Of a stretch of DNA of 47,792 bases, positions 39,645 to 47,792 are shown one piece after another. The DNA lies in the sequence record DRR723986_2421, one strand, 5' to 3'. The first letter of the stretch is position 1. Each line of letters opens with the position of its first letter. The notes under the pieces are model-generated. The model saw only the letters and a program-made list of their open reading frames with translations. It was not told the origin of the DNA and searched no databases. The position numbers were made by a program, and so were the translations under genes.

Positions 39645-40106
39645 ATGACAGCATTGAATGACCCCGATTTGATCAAGGCATTAGCCGCCTGGGTGGGACA
39701 ACTGAAAAGCCCCTATCATGAGGACAAACAAGTGAACAAGTGCCCTGTAAAGCTGATGTCAAGTTCACCGAATGCCTGGCTTGAAATCAAGCAGATTGAT
39801 CAAGGCATGATGGAAATAACTTGTATTCATCGGGTGATGGAGCAAGACGAGCACAGCGACCTGGAAGGAATTCGCAAAGAGTGCAGCCAGTTCAATGCAC
39901 TGATGGAACGAGTGCGCCTTCCTGCGTATATGTGGGAGGACAGCCACAAGGCAGAATTTCAGCTGCGGTGGCAAGAAACCCTGGTTACTCAAGCTGATTT
40001 AAAGTACGTACAGCGATTTTTTGAGCAATCTCTTTACTTGGCCAACGCCCTGCAAAGCCGACTGGGCTGGGCACTGAACAGTCAGCCCCAGCCACTTAGC
40101 CATTAA
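39645..40106 (+). CDS. Hypothetical protein (153 aa), possible CesT/YbjN-like fold
   Basis: Fills the gap between a terminator and htpG. GGAG RBS before ATG 39645. No recognised family motif. Confidence 0.7.
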   Translation: MTALNDPDLIKALAAWVGQLKSPYHEDKQVNKCPVKLMSSSPNAWLEIKQIDQGMMEITCIHRVMEQDEHSDLEGIRKECSQFNALMERVRLPAYMWEDSHKAEFQLRWQETLVTQADLKYVQRFFEQSLYLANALQSRLGWALNSQPQPLSH

Positions 40107-40118
40107 AACTTGTCAGCC

Positions 40119-42017
40119 CTAGGCTTTTACGGTCAGTAACAACATATTCAAGCGGCGAACAAACCCAGCAGGGTCTTCCAGCTGGCCACCTTCAGCCAGC
40201 ACCGCTTGATCAAACAGCACGTTCACCCATTCATCGAAATGATCTTTCTCGATCTTCAAACGTTGAATAAAGGGATGCTCAGGGTTTAGCTCAAGAATTG
40301 GCTTGGTGTCGGGTGCATTCTGGCCAGCCTGCTTCAACATGCGCTTCAAATGCTCGCTCATGCCCATCTCATCCGCCACGATACAGGCTGGGCTGTCGGT
40401 CAAGCGCAAGGTGACACGCGCCTCTTTGATGCGGTCTTTCAGCAGGTCTTCGACCTTCTTCAACACATCCTTGAACTCGTCTTCAACCTTCTTCTTGGTT
40501 TCCTTGTCTTTTTCATCCTCAAGGGCACCCAAATCAAGGCCACCTTTCGCGCAGCTTTGCAGTTCCTTGCCATCAAACTCCTGCAGGTAGGAGAGCATCC
40601 ATTCGTCCACGCGATCGCTCAACAACAGCACCTCCACGCCCTTCTTCTTGAATACTTCCAGGTGCGGGCTGTACTTGGCTGCAGCGTAGGTATCGGCGGT
40701 GACGTAGTAAATCTTTTCCTGGCCCTCTTTCATGCGGCTCACATAATCGGCCAAAGAAACAGTTTGTGCCTCGCCTTCGCTTTGCGTGGTTGCAAAGCGC
40801 AGCAATTTCGCAATGCGCTCCTTGTTGGCTGGGTCATCGCCCATGCCCTCTTTGAGTACTTGACCAAATTCCTTCCAGAAACTCGCGTATTTCTCGGCTT
40901 CGTTCGCAGCCATCTCCTCAAGCAAGCCCAACACCTTCTTCACTGACCCTTCGCGAATAGCCTTTACGTCGCGGCTTTCCTGCAAAATTTCGCGCGACAC
41001 GTTCAAAGGCAGATCAGAGGAGTCGATGACGCCTTTCACAAAACGCATGTACGGAGGCATTAACTGCTCTGCATCGTCCATGATGAATACGCGCTTTACA
41101 TACAGCTTGATGCCCTTTTGCTGGTTGCGGTCCCACAGGTCGTAAGGGGCCTTGGCGGGAATGTACAGCAGCGAAGTGTATTCCGAACGACCACCCTCTA
41201 CCCGGTTGTGGGTGTAAGCCAAGGGGTCAGCAAAATCAAAGCTGATGGTTTTGTAAAACTCGTTGTATTGTTCAGCGGTAATGTCGCTTTTTGGCCGGGC
41301 CCACAAGGCATTGGCCTTGTTCACGTTTTCCCACTCACCCGTGGCTTTCATCCCGCCCGCTTCTTCGTCCCATTCTTCTTTCAGCATTTGGATGGGCAGG
41401 GAAATGTGATCGGAATATTTGGTCAGAATGCCCTTCAATTTCCAGCCAGAAAGCAATTCATCCTCATCTGCTTTCAAGTGCAGAATGATTTGAGTGCCAC
41501 GGTCTGCTTTCTCAATGGCTTCCACGCTGAATTCGCCATCACCTTTCGATTCCCATTCAACGCCCTCTGCGGCCGGCAAACCGGCTTTGCGCGAGCGCAC
41601 CGTGACTTTGTCAGCCACAATGAACGCCGAATAAAAACCCACGCCAAACTGGCCTATCAAGGCAGCGTCTTTTTGTTGATCGCCACTCAGTTTGCCAAAA
41701 AATTCTTTGGTACCACTTTTGGCGATCGTGCCCAGGTGTTCAATGGCATCTTCGCGGCTTAAGCCAATCCCATTGTCTTCAATCGTGATGGTGCGGGCTT
41801 CCTTGTCAAAGCTCACGCGAATTTTCAGCTCGGTATCACTCTCGAACAGCCCAGCGTTGTTGATGGCTTCAAAGCGCAGTTTGTCGCAAGCGTCCGATGC
41901 GTTGGAAACCAGCTCGCGAAGAAAGATTTCCTTGTTGGAATACAGCGAATGAATCATCAAATGCAGAAGTTGTTTCACTTCTGTTTGAAAACCCATTGTT
42001 TCCTTCATTGCACCCAT
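40119..42017 (-). CDS. htpG: Chaperone HtpG (Hsp90)
   Basis: [46 protein letters not shown]. Start placed at MGAMKET after GGGAG. Confidence 0.98.
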   Translation of the reverse strand: MGAMKETMGFQTEVKQLLHLMIHSLYSNKEIFLRELVSNASDACDKLRFEAINNAGLFESDTELKIRVSFDKEARTITIEDNGIGLSREDAIEHLGTIAKSGTKEFFGKLSGDQQKDAALIGQFGVGFYSAFIVADKVTVRSRKAGLPAAEGVEWESKGDGEFSVEAIEKADRGTQIILHLKADEDELLSGWKLKGILTKYSDHISLPIQMLKEEWDEEAGGMKATGEWENVNKANALWARPKSDITAEQYNEFYKTISFDFADPLAYTHNRVEGGRSEYTSLLYIPAKAPYDLWDRNQQKGIKLYVKRVFIMDDAEQLMPPYMRFVKGVIDSSDLPLNVSREILQESRDVKAIREGSVKKVLGLLEEMAANEAEKYASFWKEFGQVLKEGMGDDPANKERIAKLLRFATTQSEGEAQTVSLADYVSRMKEGQEKIYYVTADTYAAAKYSPHLEVFKKKGVEVLLLSDRVDEWMLSYLQEFDGKELQSCAKGGLDLGALEDEKDKETKKKVEDEFKDVLKKVEDLLKDRIKEARVTLRLTDSPACIVADEMGMSEHLKRMLKQAGQNAPDTKPILELNPEHPFIQRLKIEKDHFDEWVNVLFDQAVLAEGGQLEDPAGFVRRLNMLLLTVKA

Positions 42018-42057
42018 GTTGTTTTCTCCCTTCATCTTCTTGGTTTGGATGTTGGGG

Positions 42058-42085
42058 AAGTGGGGGCGAATTCCTGAATTTCAAG
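42058..42085 (-). promoter_or_regulatory. Sigma32 promoter of htpG
   Basis: Minus strand CTTGAA-N14-CCCCACTT. Confidence 0.8.
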
Positions 42086-42088
42086 ACG

Positions 42089-42115
42089 AAAAAAAAGCCC
42101 CGGAGGGCTTTTTTT
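42089..42115 (-). terminator. Intrinsic terminator after parC
   Basis: A8-GCCC-CGGA-GGGC-T7 abutting the parC stop codon. Confidence 0.85.
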
Positions 42116-44435
42116 AATTGGTTTTGCGAAGAGAATCTGCCTTGAACTTGATATCCAGTTCCTTGCCTTTTCTGCCCCGTTTTCCAAGGCGCTCAGCCAG
42201 CAAGGCTGGTTTCAATACCTCCTCCCGGTCTTTTCCACCACGGCCTGTGCCCGCAATCACCAAGCTGTCAGACGGGCCGAAAGCAACCGCGGCCACCAAC
42301 GAGTCTTTGTCATCGAGTGGCAACAGTTGTACGCCACGCCCGCCACCTGAGAGTTGTTTGAGCTCGTCCAGCATGAAGACATGGAAACGTCCACTTTCGG
42401 CAAGCACGGCCACCCGGTCGTCGGTGGCCTGCAACAACACCGGCGGCAAGAGCTTTTCACCCGGGTTCAGGCTGATGAATTGCTTGCCCGCTTTCATGCG
42501 GCTCTCCATATTGCCAGCCATGGCCAAAAAGCCGTAGGCCCCGCTGCAAGCCAGAAATACGGGCTGGGAAGCAGGTGCGGCTAGCGCGTGGCTCAGCGTA
42601 CCGCCATTCAACTCTACAAGGCTTTGTGCGGGTATGCCATCGCCCCGGCCACCCGGCCATGCAGACACGGGCACACTAAACACCTTGCCCAGTGCATTGC
42701 CGGCACCAAACAAGTAGGTGTTGTCGGTGGTTTTGCATTCAAAAGCGGCGTACAAGGCGTCGCCCACTTTAAAACTGAACTGGGCGGCGTCGTGGCCGTG
42801 GCCCTGGCGGTTTCGTATCCAGAATTTCTGGGAAACAATGACCGTAGTCGGTTCTTCAACCACTTTCACTTCCACGCTGGCTTTTTCGGCTTCTTCAATC
42901 AACGTGCGGCGATCATCGCCATAGGTGTCGGTGTCTTTACGAATTTCGGAAATAATTCGGGTTTTCAGCTTGCCTTCATCGGCCAGCAAGGCTTCAAGAT
43001 CAGCCTTTTCCTCGCCCAACTTGGCCAGTTCCTGCTCAATCTTGATTTTCTCAAGGCGAGCCAACTGACGCAGTCGAATTTCAAGAATGTCCTCGGCTTG
43101 ACGGTCGCTCAGTTTAAAAGCTTCAATCAAGGCAGGCTTGGGCTCATCGCTTTCGCGAATCACCTTGATCACTTCATCGATGTTCAACCAAGCGATCAAG
43201 CGGCCTTCCAACACGTGAATACGATCATTAACCTGCGCCAAGCGATGTTGGCTGCGTCGGGTTACGCACACTTTGCGGAACTCGATCCAGTCCAGCAACA
43301 TGGCAATCAAACCACGCTGGCCCGGGCGGCCCGAATTGTCGATGCTCACCAAATTGATGGACGTGTTGGTTTCCAAACTGGTGTGGCTAAGTAGCAGGTT
43401 CGAAAACTCCTCTACCGACACATTCCGGCTTTTCGGCTCGAAGACCAAGCGTACGGCGTTCTCTTTGCCCGATTCATCACGCACCGCATCCAGCATGGCC
43501 AACACTTGCGCCTTCAGGTTTTGCTGCTCTGTACTCAGGCTTTTCTTACCAGCTTTTACCTTGGGGTTGGTCAATTCTTCAATTTCTTCCAGCACCTTGG
43601 CAGTGCTGGTGTTGGGAGGTAACTCTTTCACCACCAACTGCCACTGGCCGCGCGCCATTTCCTCAATTTCCCAGCGCGCCCGCACTTTGATGGAGCCCCG
43701 ACCACCGGCATAAATTTCTTTCATCGCACTGGCGGGCGAGATAATTTGCGCACCACCCGGGAAATCTGGAGCTGGCAAATGGCCCATGATGGTGTCCAGG
43801 TCCGCATTCGGGTGTTTGATCAAATGAATCGTCGCGGCGGCCACTTCCCGAATGTTGTGGGGTGGAATGTCGGTGGCCATGCCCACTGCAATTCCCGAAG
43901 CGCCGTTGAGCAACACAAAAGGCAAGCGCGCTGGCAACAGTTTGGGTTCCTGAAAGCTGCCATCGTAGTTCGGAATGAAGTCGACAGTCCCCATGTCCAC
44001 TTCGTCCAGCAACAGCTTGGCGATTGGCGTCAGGCGGGCTTCGGTGTATCGCATGGCAGCGGCGCCATCGCCATCCCGGCTCCCAAAATTGCCCTGACCA
44101 TCGATCAGCGGGTAACGCAAGGTAAAGTTTTGCGCCATGCGCACCAATGCATCGTAGGCGGCCTGGTCGCCATGCGGATGGTATTTACCCAAAACATCGC
44201 CGACCACACGGGCCGATTTCACAGGCTTGGCATTGTTGCCCAGGCCCATTTCATTCATGGCATACAAAATTCGCCGCTGAACAGGCTTTTGACCATCCGC
44301 ACACTCGGGCAGCGCCCGGCCCTTCACCACAGAAATGGCGTAATCCAGGTAGGCGCGCTCGGCATAAAGACCAAGGGTAATCGTTTCAGAATCGTCGCCG
44401 GAAGGTGGCGTTGCATCCAGAGTGAGTTGTTCCAT
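42114..44435 (-). CDS. parC: DNA topoisomerase IV subunit A
   Basis: [37 protein letters not shown]. Short C-terminal domain without a GyrA box. Confidence 0.96.
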   Translation of the reverse strand: MEQLTLDATPPSGDDSETITLGLYAERAYLDYAISVVKGRALPECADGQKPVQRRILYAMNEMGLGNNAKPVKSARVVGDVLGKYHPHGDQAAYDALVRMAQNFTLRYPLIDGQGNFGSRDGDGAAAMRYTEARLTPIAKLLLDEVDMGTVDFIPNYDGSFQEPKLLPARLPFVLLNGASGIAVGMATDIPPHNIREVAAATIHLIKHPNADLDTIMGHLPAPDFPGGAQIISPASAMKEIYAGGRGSIKVRARWEIEEMARGQWQLVVKELPPNTSTAKVLEEIEELTNPKVKAGKKSLSTEQQNLKAQVLAMLDAVRDESGKENAVRLVFEPKSRNVSVEEFSNLLLSHTSLETNTSINLVSIDNSGRPGQRGLIAMLLDWIEFRKVCVTRRSQHRLAQVNDRIHVLEGRLIAWLNIDEVIKVIRESDEPKPALIEAFKLSDRQAEDILEIRLRQLARLEKIKIEQELAKLGEEKADLEALLADEGKLKTRIISEIRKDTDTYGDDRRTLIEEAEKASVEVKVVEEPTTVIVSQKFWIRNRQGHGHDAAQFSFKVGDALYAAFECKTTDNTYLFGAGNALGKVFSVPVSAWPGGRGDGIPAQSLVELNGGTLSHALAAPASQPVFLACSGAYGFLAMAGNMESRMKAGKQFISLNPGEKLLPPVLLQATDDRVAVLAESGRFHVFMLDELKQLSGGGRGVQLLPLDDKDSLVAAVAFGPSDSLVIAGTGRGGKDREEVLKPALLAERLGKRGRKGKELDIKFKADSLRKTN

Positions 44436-44453
44436 GCGGTGCTTCGAAGTTTC

Positions 44454-45188
44454 TTATTTTGAGAATTGACGTTGACGAAGGGTTTCAAACAGGCACACCG
44501 AACTGGCCACCGACACATTCAGGCTTTCAACACTGCCAATCATCGGAATTTGTACCAGTTGGTCGCATTTTTCGCGGGTCAAACGACGCATGCCGTCGCC
44601 TTCAGCGCCCAGTACCCACGCAATCGGGCCGTTTAAATCGGCGTCATATAGGGTGTCTGTGGCCTCACCGGCAGTGCCGATGCACCAAACGCCCGCCTCT
44701 TGAATTTCTTCCAGTGTACGGGCCAGGTTGGTGACGGTAATGACGGGAATTGTTTCAGCCGCGCCGCAAGCGACTTTGGACACCACTGGGGTAATACCCA
44801 CCGATTTGTCTTTGGGCAACACCACAGCATGCACGCCGGCTGCATCCGCGCTGCGCAGGCACGCACCCAGGTTATGGGGGTCGGTCACGCCATCCAGAAC
44901 CAACAGCAGAGTGTTTTTGCCGTGGGTGTCGATGATCTCAAACAGGTCGTTGCTTTTGACCAGTTCCTTGGCAAAAGCCACCACCCCTTGATGCTGTTTG
45001 TGACCCGCTGCTTTTTCCAAACGGTCTGAATCAGCCGCGCTTACCTTCACGCCAGCAGCTTTCACCTTGTCGATGAACTGCTGCATGCGTTTGTCTTTTC
45101 GGTGTTGGTCCACCAACACCTCTTCCACGCTGGCTGGGGCTGTTTTAACCCGGGCCGACACGGCATGAAAACCATACAATATGGCCAA
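44454..45188 (-). CDS. rlmB: 23S rRNA (Gm2251) 2'-O-methyltransferase
   Basis: HQGVVA, LDGVTDPHNLGACLRSA, GAEGDGMR, ESLNVSVA (SPOUT). TTG start. Confidence 0.95.
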   Translation of the reverse strand: MAILYGFHAVSARVKTAPASVEEVLVDQHRKDKRMQQFIDKVKAAGVKVSAADSDRLEKAAGHKQHQGVVAFAKELVKSNDLFEIIDTHGKNTLLLVLDGVTDPHNLGACLRSADAAGVHAVVLPKDKSVGITPVVSKVACGAAETIPVITVTNLARTLEEIQEAGVWCIGTAGEATDTLYDADLNGPIAWVLGAEGDGMRRLTREKCDQLVQIPMIGSVESLNVSVASSVCLFETLRQRQFSK

Positions 45189-45202
45189 TTGGCACGCTCC
45201 GC

Positions 45203-47719
45203 TTATCTAGATTTTTTCGCTGCAGTGCGCATTTTAGACCCAGTGGCAGGCTTGGTACGGCTGACACGCTTGGCTTTTTGAATTTCTTCTTTGCGCTTTT
45301 TCTCGGCCGCAGCCTTGCTGCGAGATTCATCCGCAGCCCGCCTCTTGTTCACGCCGCGCGTAGTGGCAGCCTCTTCGGGTGGCAAGACAGGCACAGTTTT
45401 ACCCGCATCTTGCACGGCCTGCTGCATTTGAGCAGTGTTGGTACGGCGGCCTTGCTGGCGCTGCGGCCGGTTGCCTGCCTTGCCATTCAACTTGGCCGAA
45501 CCAGGATCACGCATCAAGCTTTCAAACTTCAATCCCTGCACCAAGCGGAATTCAATCCGACGGGCATCCAGGTCAACCCTGGACACCTGCACATTGATCG
45601 GGTCAGTCAGCCGGTAGCGGATACCACTGCGCTCGCCACGCAATTCATGCAGGCTGTCGCTGTACTGGAAGTACTCTGTGCCCAGTTCAGAAACATGCAC
45701 CAAACCCTCCACATACAAGGTATCGAGTGTAATGAACAAACCGAAGCTGGTTACGCCTGACACATGGCCCTGGAAGGTATCGCCAACTCGCTCTTTCATA
45801 AAGAAACACTTCAGCCAGGACATCACATCGCGAGAGGCCTCATCTGCACGGCGCTCCGTGGACGAAAACCAATTACCAGCTTGATCCCAACGCGCAATTT
45901 CCTCAGCTTTGTCCACTCGACGCTTGGGATCGAAATCCTCGAATTCACGCTCATCGAGTGGCAGTGGTACGTAACGCTTGCCAGCCAACAAAGCCTTGAT
46001 ACTTCGATGAACCATCAAATCAGGATATCGACGAATTGGAGACGTAAAGTGGGCATAGGCCGGGTAAGCCAGGCCAAAATGACCACTGTTGTGTGGGGTA
46101 TAAATCGCCTGCTGCATCGAGCGCAACATCATTGTTTGCAGCAAGGCTTGATCAGGGCGCCCCTGAATTTTTTTCATCAGATTGGCATAATCGATACTGG
46201 TGGGGTCATCGCCACCATCCAGCGTCAAGCCCACTGAACGCAAAAAGGCACGCAGGTTTTGCAATTTCTCAACCGTTGGGCCTTCATGTACACGATACAA
46301 ACTTGGGTGTTTGCTGCGTTCCAGAAAATCAGCAGCGCACACGTTGGCCGCCAGCATGCATTCTTCAATCAAACGATGTGCATCGTTTCGGCGCTTGGGC
46401 ACGATTTTATCGATCTTGCCATCAGGGTCGAGCATCACCTGGGTTTCAACGGTGTCGATTTCCATGGCACCGCGACGCTGGCGCGACTCAAACAGCACCT
46501 TAAACAGCGTATACAGGTTTTCGACATCGCCGTACACATGGCCCATGGCTTTGGCAGTCAGGCTTTGCGGATCAGTCAGTGCATCCCACACCTGGTTATA
46601 GGTGAGGCGCGCTGCGGAATGAATCACTGCATTGTAAAACTGGTAGGCCTTGATGGCTCCCTTAGGTCCGATGATCATGTCGCACACCAGAACCAGGCGG
46701 TCCACACCAGGGTTCAACGAACACAAACCATTCGACAGTTTCTCGGGCAACATGGGAATGACCCGGCGCGGGAAATACACCGAAGTACCCCGCTTGGTGG
46801 CCTCTTGGTCAATCGGAGTGCCGGGTAACACGTAGTGACTCACGTCAGCGATGGCCACCAGCAAACGCCAGCCACCCTTGGTGTCGCTCGATGGGGTGCA
46901 ATAAACTGCATCATCGAAATCGCGGGCATCTTCCCCATCGATGGTGACAAAAGGCACATCACGCAAATCCACACGACCTTTCAGGTCTTTGTATTCAACC
47001 TCATTGGGAATACTTTCGGCCTGATTCATGGTCAGTAAATTGAATTCATGCGGCACGTCAAATTTGCGCACCGCAATCTCGATTTCCATGCCGGGATCGT
47101 CCAATTCACCCAGAACCTCCGCCACCTTGCCGATTGGCTGTGAATGACGGGTAGGCTGCTCAACAATTTCAACGGTCACCACTTTGCCCGGCGTGGCATT
47201 GCCAACATCTTTCGGCGACACCAATATGTCGTGCTTGATGCGCTGGTCTTCCGGAATAACCAGCAAAATGCCGCGCTCAGACACCAAACGCCCCACCAAG
47301 CGATTGGTCTTGCGTTCGGTGACTTCAACAATCGTCCCCTCTGGCTTGCCACGGTGGTCAGTGCCGGTAATCCGCACCAACACGCGGTCGCCATGCAGCA
47401 CTTTTTGCATTTCGCGTGGGGAAAGGAAAGCGTCTGGCCCGCGATCGTCGCGAACCAGGAAACCAAAACCGTCGCGGTGACCGGCCACTCGGCCGGCTAC
47501 GAAATCAAGCTTGGTGGAAAGCAACAACATGCCCTTTCTGTTGGGCATTAATTGGCCATCCCGCTCCATGGCGTTCAGGCGTTTTTCAATAATGGGGATT
47601 TGATCTTCAGTAAGCTTCAGGTGCTCAAAAACCTGTTCGCGGGTTAAAGGGGCTTGCGCTTGGCGCAGTACAGCCAGGATGTCTTCACGACTTGGAATTT
47701 TTATTTCTGTTTTATGCAT
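45203..47719 (-). CDS. rnr: Ribonuclease R
   Basis: HRDGFGF, TIDGEDARDFDDA, HFTSPIRRYPDL, S1 domain, basic C-terminal tail. Start is ATG 47719 or TTG 47725. Confidence 0.97.
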   Translation of the reverse strand: MHKTEIKIPSREDILAVLRQAQAPLTREQVFEHLKLTEDQIPIIEKRLNAMERDGQLMPNRKGMLLLSTKLDFVAGRVAGHRDGFGFLVRDDRGPDAFLSPREMQKVLHGDRVLVRITGTDHRGKPEGTIVEVTERKTNRLVGRLVSERGILLVIPEDQRIKHDILVSPKDVGNATPGKVVTVEIVEQPTRHSQPIGKVAEVLGELDDPGMEIEIAVRKFDVPHEFNLLTMNQAESIPNEVEYKDLKGRVDLRDVPFVTIDGEDARDFDDAVYCTPSSDTKGGWRLLVAIADVSHYVLPGTPIDQEATKRGTSVYFPRRVIPMLPEKLSNGLCSLNPGVDRLVLVCDMIIGPKGAIKAYQFYNAVIHSAARLTYNQVWDALTDPQSLTAKAMGHVYGDVENLYTLFKVLFESRQRRGAMEIDTVETQVMLDPDGKIDKIVPKRRNDAHRLIEECMLAANVCAADFLERSKHPSLYRVHEGPTVEKLQNLRAFLRSVGLTLDGGDDPTSIDYANLMKKIQGRPDQALLQTMMLRSMQQAIYTPHNSGHFGLAYPAYAHFTSPIRRYPDLMVHRSIKALLAGKRYVPLPLDEREFEDFDPKRRVDKAEEIARWDQAGNWFSSTERRADEASRDVMSWLKCFFMKERVGDTFQGHVSGVTSFGLFITLDTLYVEGLVHVSELGTEYFQYSDSLHELRGERSGIRYRLTDPINVQVSRVDLDARRIEFRLVQGLKFESLMRDPGSAKLNGKAGNRPQRQQGRRTNTAQMQQAVQDAGKTVPVLPPEEAATTRGVNKRRAADESRSKAAAEKKRKEEIQKAKRVSRTKPATGSKMRTAAKKSR

Positions 47720-47746
47720 TGACAAATTTATTTATTTCATTAGAAT
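47719..47746 (+). promoter_or_regulatory. Sigma70 promoter of the tRNA-Leu gene
   Basis: TTGACA-N16-TAGAAT, with a fairly GC-rich stretch before the tRNA. Confidence 0.8.
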
Positions 47747-47763
47747 TCACGGCTCGCACCTGT

Positions 47764-47792
47764 GCCCAGGTGGCGGAATTGGTAGACGCGCT
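47764..47792 (+). tRNA. tRNA-Leu 5' portion (truncated by window edge)
   Basis: GCCCAGGTGGCGGAATTGGTAGACGCGCT is the typical tRNA-Leu 5' acceptor/D arm. The anticodon lies outside the window. Confidence 0.85.

Noticed and set aside
1..47792. Window bounded by tRNA-Leu genes, suggesting a tRNA-anchored genomic island
   Set aside because: No integrase, att duplication or cargo. The content is housekeeping genes of uniform character.
1..47792. CRISPR arrays, IS elements, toxin-antitoxin or defence genes, frameshifted pseudogenes
   Set aside because: No regularly spaced repeats or transposase/nuclease motifs seen, and all recognised genes appear full length.

Overview
Core-genome window of a betaproteobacterium (Burkholderiaceae-like gene order, moderate GC; Limnobacter-like by inference only). 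It runs from a tRNA-Cys/tRNA-Leu(TAA) pair through metG-sulP-DUF3460-scpA, the heat-shock block dnaJ-dnaK-grpE-hemH-hrcA, nadK-recN, fur/bamE-dapB, zapB-like/zapA-6S RNA-tauE, lgt, ilvD, cytochrome c551, a liv ABC transporter, an ascD-like reductase/SDR pair, lutC-takP-PHA-system gene, fdxA-fpr, phaZ-rnfB-nth-FIST-DUF1841, two c-type cytochromes, MoxR/VWA, a glycine-zipper protein, an orphan ORF, htpG, parC, rlmB and rnr, to a partial tRNA-Leu. I see no mobile element, prophage, CRISPR array or defence system. The most interesting signals not explained by the gene list are: (1) a 168-nt multi-helix RNA structure filling the scpA/dnaJ gap, whose helix mismatches become G-U wobbles on the minus strand; (2) a perfectly palindromic sigma32 promoter at grpE that reads as a consensus promoter on both strands; (3) a translationally coupled phaZ-rnfB-nth-FIST(-DUF1841) operon with a solo, anchorless RnfB behind a PhaR-like box. 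All structures and motifs were read by eye; no folding or database search was run.
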